DNA from: Hamiltosporidium tvaerminnensis FI-OER-3-3
Lineage: Eukaryota > Fungi > Microsporidia
Length of the DNA: 64,000 bases
Direction of reading: 5' to 3'
NCBI GenBank assembly: GCA_022605425.2
Contig: JAKIMF020000013.1
Coordinates: 186,001-250,000, forward strand
Part shown: positions 49,990 through 61,859 of the stretch, piece by piece
Layout of the letters: every line of letters starts with the position of its first letter
Position numbering within the stretch: the stretch's first letter is position 1
Program-made: the position numbers and the translations under genes
The notes under the pieces: generated by a model
Databases searched by the model: none
What the model was told of the DNA's origin: nothing
What the model saw: the letters and a program-made list of their open reading frames with translations, nothing else

Positions 49990-52900
49990 ATGGGTAGAAA
50001 GAAAAATGTTAGTAGCGAAATATCAAAAAATACTAAAATAAAGGCTGAAAACGACGCTGATGACGTGAAGAAAAGTGATAGTGGCAAACAAAAATGTGAG
50101 CTAGACCCACCGGCGATTTCCCTACCTTCCTCCTCCTACACAACAATAACACATCCACCACCAAACCAAACATGCAGTAACATGCAAAATAGTGGGCTTG
50201 ACACCTTACCTTCGCCTAATACACCACATCCCTCTTCGGTTGAAGTCTCTGCGTGCGAGCCATCGTACGCATGACAAACCCCTGTATTCTAGATATTCCA
50301 GACAGTAACAGTCTAATGGCGTTGCGGACGATATTAGATTCCGTAACAGCCGACCTGATGGAATGGCCTCGAATTGTTTTTTTTTTTTTGCAGTACAGAC
50401 AAGGTTTGAAAGAATGCCAAGAAATGGCTGGCCCGCTACTCTGAGGTACTATAATGAAAAATTTAGCTGAACATTAGATATCGATGCGTTTATAAAACTC
50501 GCACAAAATGAGGCAGAAAGTGAAATAATCCAAGAAGAGAAAGAAGAACGATGTAGAATTGCCACTTGTCTAACTGAGCCATCTCCCTGACTGACACATC
50601 GGAGTACATAAACCTGAGAGATAAATTTTTGAGTAAAATCAAAGAAATCTCGGAGAACGAAATTGGAAAAGTGGTGGTCCGAACTCGAAAGCTTCCAAGT
50701 GAATTGGTTGCAGAAGAGTTTTGGAGCTTAATAATCGAATTATCGGTGAGTATGCTGATTCTTGTGTGCCGATGACTATAAATGCAGTGGCACGGATAAT
50801 CCAGGCAGCTCAGGTATGCTATGACGAAGCAACACGTAAAGAGAAGCCTAGATTCGCTTGGAAGGAAAACATAGAAAGTAAAATTTCTAAGTTATTACTT
50901 TCCAAAGATCTTCTCGAGAAGGCTCGTCGGCAAGAAAAGCTCTCCACTTCGGAAACGAAGAGCCTTAAGAAAATCATGCGAGAGTTTAATTTAAACTTGA
51001 GCAGCGTAACTGATCTTTCTGAGGCTTTAGTTAAGAAGAATGAGTCTTTGAATGTTTACGAGAAAAAAATTACGATGCATGAAAGTAGGAAGTAATTCCG
51101 AAAAGAGAATCGTAATTTTGAGCTTTTCTAAGGTTGATTTTATCGTGGGTTATCTGAGCGTGTGGAATCCGAGCATGTGGTTAGTCGTGATGAAATTGTT
51201 AGTTTTGGGTCTACAATGTGGAACAAAAATGATGACACAGTCACGTACGATGATTATTTGATTCCATTTGTATAGATAATCATCCGACTACGTTTCCTTC
51301 ACTTGATGAATTTGTGAATATCATTAATTGGCTTCTAAATCGGAAATCTGCTGGAATTGATGGTATTTACAATTTTTTCATTAAGAAACTTACAACTCTT
51401 CACAAATATAATTATGATATTGTGAAATTTATATGTTTAGAAGAAACACCTCAAGCTGATTGGTTTTACTGCGGGCTTACGTATTTGATACCGAAAGGAA
51501 TTCCACGAAGAGGCTCTGACTACAGGCCAATCACTTGTATGTCCAACCTCTATAAGTTAACGACAAAGTGTGTAACGAAAGTCGTTCAACTTGAAGTGGA
51601 AAAGCGAGGGTTGCTTGCACAGAACCAGTTGGGAGCAGGTAGAGGTGTGCAGGGAGCGAAAGAGCAGGCTCTACTGAATATTGCCTTAAATAAAGGGTAT
51701 GGAAACAATCTTAAAGCAACATGGATTGATGTTAAAAAGCTTATGATTCAATAGATAATGCTTATTTGACTCAATGCATTGAAAACCTTAATTAACCTGA
51801 TTAGATCTGAAATTTATTAAGGTAATTATATCAAAATGGAAAATTGATATATCAGTAAGGCTTGAAAAAATCATGAGCAAAAAGATGGATAGAGGGATTC
51901 TACAAGGCGATAGTTTGTTCCCATTGTTGTTTGTGTTGTGTATGTATCCATTAAGCGGAAAGCTTAATGAAATATACACAAAGGTGACAGTACAAACAGA
52001 TGCAGAATCCCTTTCTACTAATCATCTCTTGTTTGTTGATGATCTTAAGCTCCTTGCAAAAGACAGTTCCACATTGAGTGCTATGATAAACGAGGCAAAG
52101 AAATTTTTAGAGGTGATTGGGTTAGAGATTAACAAAGAGAAATCAAACACAAATGATAAGTGTTGTGAAGATACTGCTATATTCTAGAAGGTGTTGCGTT
52201 TACAAATATTTAGGAATAATAGAAGATAACAGAGGAATTCCAACACGTGCTCATTTGAAGAAGTACAAAGCAAACATATATCAAGAATTGAAAGACTTTT
52301 TCACACTAGACTAAAGCAAAAAATTTATTTTCTGCAATCAATCAACATGCGATATCGTTAATCAACTACCACATAGGAGTAATTCAAATAACTGGCTGAC
52401 TTCTCTAAGTTAGATGATGCAGTGCGTGCGGTGTTGGTGAAGAATAAGATACATCTTTGCCCAGGATGTAAAGAGCGTTTGTAGCTTCCTAGAACCGAAC
52501 TTGGAAGAGGTCTACATAGTGCTGAGTTGCGAAGCGAAGATATGCATCTGCAACTCTTGGATTGTCACGAAAAAAGTAAAGAAATATCAACTAGACGAGC
52601 TGCAATCTTCAAGGTTTAGACTACTAATAAAAGGATTTTTAGAAGTAAAGTACAGGTTGGAGGAGGAAGCCACAAAGAAGAAATTTGAAGAATTTCAACT
52701 AGCTAACTTATATAACGAAATCTAAAACTACATTCAAAGTTATATAATGCTAGAAACAACGAGCTGGTAATTGCAAATGACACATCAAGATGGTCAAAGA
52801 AAAGATGTGTAAGACCACAAAAAGAAGCTGTTTTCTGGGGAGCAGATGGTGTGTATCAACATTGCGGGAAGTCTGGTAAAACTGTAGATCATCTAGCAAC

Positions 52901-53730
52901 TCAATGTGAAAAAATTCTAGGCTATGACTACACCAGACTGAATAATGAAGTGGTTAGATACCTACACTTACTTCTCCTAAATAGATATAAGTTTAAGTCT
53001 TCAAAACGAATAAGGAGCCACTCAGTTCAAGAAATTCTTGATAATGAGTATGCAGAGATAAGAGTGGACACCAGAATAAAAACTGATGTTAAAATTCGGA
53101 AAAACAGACCCGATATATTTATTTTAGATAAGAAGAAGAATATTATAATACTCATTGAAGTAGGAATCACTTCCCAGGATTCATTTCAAATAGTTGAAAC
53201 TGAAAAACTTAGGAAGTATGACCTGCTAGCCAATGAGTTAGGTCTTATTTTTTAGTGTAGTGTTGAGATAATCGCGTATGTGATGAGTTGGGATGGTATT
53301 GTGACCAAATACCATAAGATGTATGTTAAGAGACTAGAAATACCCATGAATGTAGAGGCATATATACAATCCATAGTACTTAAGAAAACAGTCGAAACAA
53401 TTTCCTTCGATCGACGAAGAGAACTTGAGTAGCGACCAAATACATAAGAGAGCTGGGAAAGACCGTCAATGTGTTTATTGAGAGAGCCTATATGCACGAG
53501 GAACCAACATCCCAATTGACTCAAGCGAGTAACAGGGAATATGGTGTTAAACATTGGTAAACAAAAAATAAACACCCCTATTCCGGAAGGAGGAACGAAA
53601 TTAGAAAACTGACAATAAACATAAATGAAGAGTCGGATTTTGAAGAAGAAACAATGGTGGTACAAGAGGTAGAAGAAAATATATAAAAGTCTTAAAAAGG
53701 GTGTAATCCAGAAAGTTTTTAAATTAAATA
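49990..53730 (+). mobile_element. R4/Dong-like retrotransposon, full-length inactivated mosaic copy C
   Basis: Begins at the same ATGGGTAGAAAG, colinear ORF fragments, diverged internal blocks and 3' end. Confidence 0.9.
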
Positions 53731-53789
53731 GAAAATCCAATAAGCCATTATTATCTAGTAAAATATTACAGTGGCCGAGATTGTTTTTC

Positions 53790-54330
53790 AGCGAGGCGCT
53801 TAATATTCTAGGTTTTTTCCAATAAGGTATGTTATTTAAATTCTTCCTTACCTCACATAAAATATTACCATTTTAAATTTAATGGACTGATTTAAAAACG
53901 GGCTTATATTTTGTTCCATAAGCCATTCTGATAAGTCGTAATACTTACAAACCTTTATCCCTATTTTATACAATTTTATTGCAAGTTTCATTCTAACAAA
54001 CAAATTTGTTATTTTGGTTTTCCTATTCATAATATTTATTTGAAGATGTTCTATATCAGTTAAGAGAAAATTCTTATATGTTTTTACCTGTAAGATTACT
54101 GCTCTTCTGTGGATTATTTCTAGTTCTTTCCAGAAAACCCAAGATTCGCAATATCGTACGTTGAATTGTAATTTAACATTATGTATCTCTCCTCCATGTC
54201 TCGATCTAGGTAGAAAAATATATTTTTAACCAAAAATGTAGCTTTAAGAGATATATATTCGCACAAGAACATCAATGTACTGTAGAATATTAATTTTAAT
54301 TGCATTCATTCTTGAGTATTAAATAGATTA
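53790..54330 (-). mobile_element. Highly diverged R4-like fragment
   Basis: Minus-strand peptides IFLPRSRHGGEIH, IHRRAVILQV and LSEWLMEQNISP align with YLPRTELGRGLH, TRRAAILKV and SSRWLKRGNIRP. Confidence 0.6.
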
Positions 54331-54462
54331 ACTAATATTCTTTCTTTGTTAACCATTCCCCCTTAAGCATCATTTATTCTACAATGAGTAAATCAATCTC
54401 TTTTTTATTCCCCTTTTCATATTTTTCATTTTACAAAAAATTGTTTTTATTTTAGTAGTTCG

Positions 54463-54882
54463 CTTAAACTTTCATTCCCCTTTTAATATTCTTTATAATA
54501 TTTATTACCGAATAATTTTAAATTCACTTAAACTTTCATTCCCCTTTTAATATTCTTTATAATATTTATTACCGAATAATTTTAATTCACTTAAACTTTC
54601 ATTCCCCTTTTAATATTCTTTATAATATTTATTACCGAATAATTTTAAATTCACTTAAACTTTCATTCCCCTTTTAATATTCTTTATAATATTTATTACC
54701 GAATAATTTTAAATTCACTTAAACTTTCATTCCCCTTTTAATATTCTTTATAATATTTATTACCGAATAATTTTAAATTCACTTAAACTTTCATTCCCCT
54801 TTTAATATTCTTTATAATTTTTATTACCGAATAATTTTAATTCACTTAAACTTTCATTCCATTCCCCTTTTAATATTCTTTA
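54463..54882. repeat. 63-64 bp minisatellite, about 6.5 copies
   Basis: Unit cttaaactttcattccccttttaatattctttataatatttattaccgaataattttaaattca, starting at 54463, 54527, 54590, 54654, 54718, 54782 and 54845. Confidence 0.95.
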
Positions 54883-55106
54883 GTTCACCGAATCATTTCA
54901 CATTGATTTCCTTTATATTTCCTTCCATTCCCCATTTCATATTCTTCATAAATTTTATTACCGAATAATTTTAATTCTCTCTTAATTTTCTTCAATTTCA
55001 TATTCTTTATTTCTCTTTTAATATTCTTTTTTTCTCTTTTAATATTCTTTATTCTACTTTTATTTATTTATTTTATTAATTCACTTTAAAATAAAACCGT
55101 TAAAAA

Positions 55107-55997
55107 ATGCAAATAACTGTTTACAGAAAATTTGAAGGATGTTTTAAAATAATTGAAGAAAATTATGAAAAAAGAAAAGATCTTTTTACAAAATATACAT
55201 TAGAAGATCTAAAGGACTGGAAAAAACTAGATTTATATTTTATATTGGATTTAGAATTTTTAAGAGATAAAAAAATAGAAGATAGTGTTCTTAAACACGC
55301 TTATAGACGTAGAATATTGAAATACCATCCTGATACCGGAAAATATGGTAAAGAAGCTTTTTTAGCTATTAAAAATGCATATACAACACTTTTAAATCCA
55401 GTGTTACGAAAGCAATACGATTCTTTCTACTTTGATGATACGTTACCGTTAAATAAAGATTACACCGAAGAAGAATTCTATGAAGTGTTTGGTGAGGCAT
55501 TTAAAAGAAATTCCAAGTTTTCTGTAATTCAACCTGTTCCTTCTCTTGGCAATCAGAGTACTTCTTTACAGGAAATAGAAAATTTTTACAAATTTTGGAA
55601 AAATTTTGAAACATGGCGTACATTTAGTTGGTTAGAAGATGAAGAGACAGAAAGTGTATGTGAAAGTACACGTAATCCTACCAAACTATCGAAGGGTAAA
55701 ATTAAAAAAATACAGACAGAATATATTTTTAATATAAAAAATTTTACAGATCTTTCTATCAAAAAAGATCCTCGTCTCAATAAAAATACCAACAATTCTT
55801 CTACACACACCTGTTTAATTACAGACGGATGGACAGAAAATGAAATAAAAACACTCATAAAACTTTTAAAAGAAAATAAAGGTAAAGATGCTCTACAGAC
55901 AGTTAATACTAAATTTTATAAAGAAACTGGTATTAAAAAAAGTACTAAAGAAGTTCTTGTTAAGTGTATTGAGATTAAGAGAGTAATAAAGATTTAA
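55107..55997 (+). CDS. ZUO1: Zuotin/DNAJC2-like J-domain protein
   Basis: DWKKLDLY, KYHPD J-domain, RNSKFS...PVPSLG, FYKFWKNFETWRTFS, and a C-terminal SANT-like WTENE. Confidence 0.85.
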   Translation: MQITVYRKFEGCFKIIEENYEKRKDLFTKYTLEDLKDWKKLDLYFILDLEFLRDKKIEDSVLKHAYRRRILKYHPDTGKYGKEAFLAIKNAYTTLLNPVLRKQYDSFYFDDTLPLNKDYTEEEFYEVFGEAFKRNSKFSVIQPVPSLGNQSTSLQEIENFYKFWKNFETWRTFSWLEDEETESVCESTRNPTKLSKGKIKKIQTEYIFNIKNFTDLSIKKDPRLNKNTNNSSTHTCLITDGWTENEIKTLIKLLKENKGKDALQTVNTKFYKETGIKKSTKEVLVKCIEIKRVIKI

Positions 55998-56264
55998 AAT
56001 TTAATTTTTGTGTTTTTTTATTGAATTCCATTTTTTAATATAATTTTTTTTTCTGCTATAATCCCCTCTTTTTTAATTTTTCTTCTCTAATTTCTTGATT
56101 TCATTAATTATTCTAATTAATGTCTTTACTACTTTTCTTTAATTTTTCTAATTCTATTACCTTTAAAAATTATCTTTCTTCAATAGATTTATAGTTTTTA
56201 GAATTGATATATATAATTATTAATTTTATATCTCCAACAATATATCTATTATGTATAATATCTA

Positions 56265-57660
56265 TTTTTCTTATTTTTATTTAATTTCTTATATTCTCTT
56301 TATATTCCTTATATTCTCTTTAAATAATCTTTAATTTCTTATTTTTCTTATTTTTCTTATTTTTCTTATTTTTCTTATTTTTCTTATTTTTCTTATTTTT
56401 CTTATTTTTCTTAATTTTTCTTATTTTTCTTATTTTTCTTATTTTTATTTATATTCCTTACATTCTCTTTAAAAAGTGGAGGGAGGATAACCACATAAAA
56501 AACTTTCTGCTTGGCAATGAGTGTGTGAAACTGGTGTGAGATCATTGTTTGGATTTTTAGTGGGAATAAAACCACACTACATCTTCGGTTGCTCCATGGG
56601 AGTTTGTATGAGGAGGAGAGGTCTAAGAAATGGAGAAACTTTTTCTACAAATTTATTTGTAGTTTTTTACGTAACCAGATTGCAGACCGCAGCTGAACAG
56701 GTAGGTAATTGCCATGTAAAAGCATGGAAACCTAGCCTTGCTCACTCGGGTTAGAAGACTTAGCGCCTGGGAGATATAAAATAAAAAACCATTTAAAGCC
56801 GGGAGAGCTAAGTAGCAGGTTATACCTGTTGGTATGACATTGCACTGTCTAGGTGGACCCCATGTAAATCTCTGAAATATATCTTAGCTAGAAGTTTATT
56901 GGGTTCAGAAAGTGTAGAGTAAGTGGGAATGCTGCATAGTCTTGGGGGAGCCCAGGGGGGGCTTCGGCCTTCGATCACACTCCATGCAACGGACATTAAC
57001 GAACTCCGGGCAACTGCCTCGCCTATTAATTAGGTTCTACACACCTGGTAGATGAAAGGCTTTGGGACGTAGGTATCGCAGGGGTTACTGATGGAGTTTT
57101 GGGGTAGCAGTTATTTATGTTAAACCTAGAACTGCGTTAATGTCATGAAAACAAATATAACACTTGCCACTGTTTTAAAAAAGATGTGATACTTTTAAAT
57201 AAAGTATTCTCTTTAAATAATCTTTAATTTCTTAATTTTTCTTATTTTTCTTATTTTTCTTATTTTTCTTATTTTTCTTATTTTTCTTATTTTTCTTATT
57301 TTTCTTAATTTTTCTTATTTTTCTTTTTTTTCTTATTTTTCTTTTTTTATTTATTTTCTTATATTCTCTTTAAATAATCTCTATATTCTCTTTAAATAAT
57401 CTTTATATTCTCTTTAAATAATCTTTAATTTCTTAATCTTCTCTATTTTTCTTATTTTTATTTAATTTCTTATTTTTATTTATATTCCTTATATTCTCTT
57501 TAAATAATCTTTAATTTCTTAATTTCTCTATTTTTCTTATTTTTCTTTTTTTATTTATTTTCCTTATATTCTCTTTAAATAATCTTTAATTTCTTAATTT
57601 TTCTTACTTTTCTTTAAATAATCTTTATATTCTGTAATTCTCTTTAAATATTCTCTATTT
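56265..57660. repeat. (TTTTTCTTA)n and related low-complexity array, interrupted by retroposon copy 3
   Basis: 9-bp unit runs at ~56335-56445 and ~57230-57345, plus repeated tattctctttaaataatc. Confidence 0.9.
56476..57204 (+). mobile_element. Long structured non-coding retroposon, copy 3
   Basis: Full-length copy; flanks attctctttaaa(a/t)a at 56462-56475 and 57206-57219 (this motif also recurs locally). Confidence 0.9.
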
Positions 57661-57732
57661 TTCTTTATTTTTCAAAAATTGAATTTTTTTTAATTTCTTA
57701 TTTTTTAGTAAAATATTTTAAGAACCCTTGAA

Positions 57733-58188
57733 ATGCTAGTAAGAAGACTCCTTTTCCTTTACATTACAGTAATGACAGCAATAAGTGTAGAAGATATACG
57801 TAAGAAGTATGGGGATGTACGTGAGTACGTAACAACCAAGGCAATGTGTGCCAAAAAAGTATTAAATAACACGTATCACAATTATAAAGTATATCCTATG
57901 GCATATTACAGTTGGATGAAAAGTTATATAAAAAAGAAATATCAAAAAGAAGAAAAACCTATGGAATTGGAACCAACCAAGCAACAAGAAGAGAAGAAGA
58001 GTATTGATTTTGAATCTATGCCTGAATACCAAGAACTTCTAAAATTCCTTGCATCTTTAGAACAGAATGGGTTTAATAATACAGAGAAAGGAAAAGAAGA
58101 GGATAAAGAAATATGTGAAGAAGAAAAAGTTGAAAGTAAAAGTGGAAGTGAAGAAGAAGAAGAGGAAGAAAGAGAACAGGCACTTTAA
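57733..58188 (+). CDS. Hypothetical secreted protein with acidic C-terminus
   Basis: Signal-peptide-like MLVRRLLFLYITVMTA, CCC upstream of the ATG, Glu-rich tail. Confidence 0.8.
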   Translation: MLVRRLLFLYITVMTAISVEDIRKKYGDVREYVTTKAMCAKKVLNNTYHNYKVYPMAYYSWMKSYIKKKYQKEEKPMELEPTKQQEEKKSIDFESMPEYQELLKFLASLEQNGFNNTEKGKEEDKEICEEEKVESKSGSEEEEEEEREQAL

Positions 58189-58274
58189 TTAAATGTTTTA
58201 AATTAAATATTTTATTTTTTTTCAATCTTTGTATTTTCTTAACTTTTTATTTAATATCTTTGTACTTCATATCT

Positions 58275-58865
58275 TTGTATTTCATTATTAAAAATTATTC
58301 AGATTTTTATTTCATTTTTTATATATTTCTGTATTTTCTCTATATTTTATTGATTAAAAATTATTCGGATTTTTATTTCATTTTTTATATATTTCTGTAT
58401 TTTCTGTATATTTCTGTATTTTCTCTATATTTTATTGATTAAAAATTATTCGGATTTTTTTTGCGTTTATTTAGCAGAAATTATTGAATTCTGTTTCTTT
58501 TACTGACTACAATAATTTAACCTTCTATTTTTTTATTAAATAAAACTTTTTCTTGTTTCTATTTCCTTCATAGATAACAACTCTTTCCTGTTTCAATTAC
58601 CATTATAGCTAACAACTTTTTTTTGTTCATCTTTCTATTTCTTTAGTTACAATAAATAATTATTCTTTTAAATATTTCTTTTATAGATTTCAAATACTTA
58701 TTCTTTTAAATATTTCTTTTATAGATTTCAAATATCTTTGCTTCAAATATTTATTTTATAGATTTCAAATAATTATTCTTTTAAATATTTATTTTATAGA
58801 TTTCAAATAATCTTTGCTTCAAATATTTATTTTATAGATTTCAAATAATTATTCTTTTAAATTTT
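58275..58865. repeat. Imperfect tandem repeats downstream of the secreted-protein gene
   Basis: Repeated attaaaaattattc(a/g)gattttt blocks and tttatagatttcaaata units. Confidence 0.7.
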
Positions 58866-58999
58866 ATTTTATATTAATTAAATTAAATTCTTAGAAATGT
58901 TAAAGGAATAATAATTTGATTTTAAGATTAAAATTATTAATATCTAAATTAGTATTAATTGCTAATTATATATTTATTAAAGGAATTGTAAATTATAAG

Positions 59000-59126
59000 A
59001 TCGCAGAGAGTACCGATGAAATGTTAAAGAAAGTATTTATGTTAAACCTAGAATTGCGTTAATGTCATGAAAACAAATATAAAACTTGCCACTGTTTTAA
59101 AAAAGATGTGATACTTTTAAATAAAG
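59000..59126 (+). mobile_element. 5'-truncated copy of the long retroposon
   Basis: Matches the element's 3' end through cttttaaataaag; flanked by taaattataa at 58989-58998 and 59128-59137. Confidence 0.85.
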
Positions 59127-59179
59127 ATAAATTATAATTATTATTTTTCTTAATACTTATATTTCGTGGGATAAATAAA

Positions 59180-60000
59180 TATCGAAAACTTAATCATGGA
59201 TTTTTGAAGGCACTTATAAAAAATTAGAGGATAGGATGAAAAATATAGAATAATGGTTTGAAAGTATGGGGTGATATAAATTTTACTGAGGTGAACTGTG
59301 GATAAGTTTATAATTAGTCTTTATTGTATTAGGAAATAGAAAACCAAAAACCAATTAAAAGTTATACTGTTTTTGATACTATGATTATGACAGTACTTAT
59401 GGTCATAAAAATAAAGTAAGAGGAGGAACACATTAGAGCACGTGAAGATGATGTGTTATGTTGTATAAAGGCTAGAAATGTATTGTAAAGAGCTGAAAGT
59501 AAAATTTCCGCCTTTTTGATGCTAGATCATATAATAAACCAGTAACTCGATATGAAAATAGGATAAGACACAGTCATACTAAATTATAAATAAAACCATG
59601 TGATATCTCGTGATAGATCTAGATAAATATAAATTTAAGTCTGGAAAACGAATTATCAGTCTCTTTGTTTCATAAATTCTTGAAGATGAGTATACAATCT
59701 AAAATCTGATACTTGTGTAAAAACTGATGATAAAATACGGAAAATGGGGAGATCTTTTGTTTGGATAATATAGAAATTAGAATTGCAATGGTTGATGACA
59801 GAACAAATCCACAATTTTAGGCTAAATTCCTGTAACGAAAGCAAATAATTACGATTTGTTTACAAACGAATTGATTCTAAACTATATCAAAATCGTAATT
59901 TATCTTACTTGAAAACATGAAACTGGTTGTAAATATCACAGGACATGTTTAGATCAGTTGAATTACATATAAAAATAACCGCATGTATTAGATTTTACTC
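59180..60000 (+). mobile_element. Old degenerate R4-like 3' fragment
   Basis: ataaatataaatttaagtct...aaattcttgaagatgagtat...aaaactgatgataaaatacgg aligns with the RYKFKSSKRI...EILDNEY...KTDVKIR coding sequence. Confidence 0.65.
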
Positions 60001-61859
60001 AGAAAGACAATCTAAATCGTTTTTTGCTTCATCTAGAAAACCCAGTCAATATAAAATGCCGATTAGAGAAAATAAGGGAATGTATATATGAATCGTAAAA
60101 GATGTTGAGAGACACATGTCGCTTATAACTTCTTAATAATATTTAGCAGCGAAGAAAAAAGTTCGAGCCAGTAAGACGCAACATACAAAACATTTCGTTC
60201 TGAGGATACAACTGCAGATGAAAATCGGATTTTAACCATAAAAATTAAGACTAGTTTAAGAAAAGGTGTTAAAACTTTTATAGAATAGAATAAATATAGA
60301 AAGTGATACTAAGATTTTTATTTGTATTGAAATAAATTTGATGATTGAATTGTTAATGAGTATAGAATAATTTAAGTTAATAAGAAGAATTTGGGATGAG
60401 ATCACCATTAATAAAGAGATGAACGTGTGAAACATGTTTGGATTCAAATATATATTATCTATTCATTTCGATAGATAGAAATATGAGTAATAATATAATA
60501 AAAATCATGTTTCCAATTACGAATAAGTTAAGTTTTAATTACTTAAGGTATATATAAATGTATTGTTCAAAAAATTAAAAGCGAATAAAATTATGTTTTG
60601 TATTTAACCAATGTTTTTATTTGATTCTAAGATTTTAAACAGATTTATTTATGAATATATGGAAAAGGTTTTAAAAATCAAAAAAAAATATATTTTGTGT
60701 GTATAAATAAGCAGAAAATGTGCTTTACGCGCAATCGAACAAGTATTTACCTCGAGTAAAGATTATAGATTTAAATATTTGCAATAAAAATTTATTTATT
60801 TATTTGAATAATGATATATCATATAAGAAATATTACTAAGGAATAATATAAGCAGCAAAGTAAATCTTTAGAAATATTTCAATATCGGTTTTTGGAAATC
60901 TTTCTCGTATTTTTTTTATGTGTGATATATTTTGGTTTCTCTTATGTTGCAAATCATATACCGATATATTACCTATTGCAGTTGCTGTTATGAAAGGTTT
61001 GGCTCAATAATATTATGAGGAGATATCTTAGACTGTTTCGTTAATCATGAAAGTAGTATATTTGACTCTAATTTTTGCAATTCGATCTAAATGAAAAATA
61101 TTCTGTTGGTGTGCATGATTGATTTAATTATGTCTTTATCAGGACTTGTATATATATTTTTAAACGAAGTTAGTTGTTTTCTTGACAATACCATACCGAA
61201 AAATCATTTAAAGAATTATTTTAACATTGCGTATATAAAAGGATTCATATTTTCCAGGTTTTTTTGGCTTTAAATACCATTTAAATACTATTAAACTCAT
61301 AGATTGACAATTATATCCGTCATCTTCAATAATTTCTAATCTAAATTGAGAATTTCGTCTTATATATTTAATATAATCTCATCTAGTATGGTGTTAGTTT
61401 TACACAAATTATATCATTTTGACCCGAATAATTTCCTAGATTGAATAAATATGAATTTTTTTGAAGGCTAACATTTCCAATACTTAAGGAATATATATGA
61501 ACACCAGAGATCAAGGCTTTCTAAGCAATTTAAAGATTCTTCCAGATACTAAACTAATAAATCATTTATTCGAAATACTCAAAGGATGTTTTAAACCATA
61601 CCCATAGATATACTTAGGAAATAATATAAGTCGAAAATATATAACTTTTCCTTTTGCTGTATTACTTGAAATCATAATTATTATTTAGGAGAATAAATAA
61701 ATTAAATAGTCTTGGCTCATAGTAACTCAGGTAATTTTTATTTACTTACAATTTTTATGAATATTTGATTTTTTTAAAATTAACGAACTTTAGTGGTATA
61801 ATTGAAATCTAGAATCTATAAATGGAAATTAAAAAAATTTGAAACATAGACTTTTTATT

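Noticed and set aside
54463-54882. CRISPR-like regular array
   Set aside because: Units are contiguous near-identical repeats with no unique spacers, there are no cas genes, and the context is eukaryotic.
56521-56754. 77-80 aa ORFs inside the long retroposon (also 7707-7949 and 20554-20736)
   Set aside because: Two have GTG starts, copy 2 has a 1-nt deletion that breaks this frame, and the 20554 ORF is antisense. Similarity reflects repeat identity, not coding constraint.
56680-56945. Group I intron-like Q/R/S words (GACCGCAGC, GGT(C/T)AGAAGACT, CATAGTCT) in the long retroposon
   Set aside because: No convincing P element, P3 or J8/7, and TSDs are not expected for an intron. An Infernal group I model search would settle it.
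57085-57150. Possible hammerhead or HDV ribozyme core (CTGATG...GAAA)
   Set aside because: CUGAUGA is not conserved across copies (CCGAAGA, CCGATGA, CTGATGG), and the required stems could not be built.
58260-58442. 60-aa hydrophobic ORF
   Set aside because: Product of T-rich tandem repeats with a TTG start.
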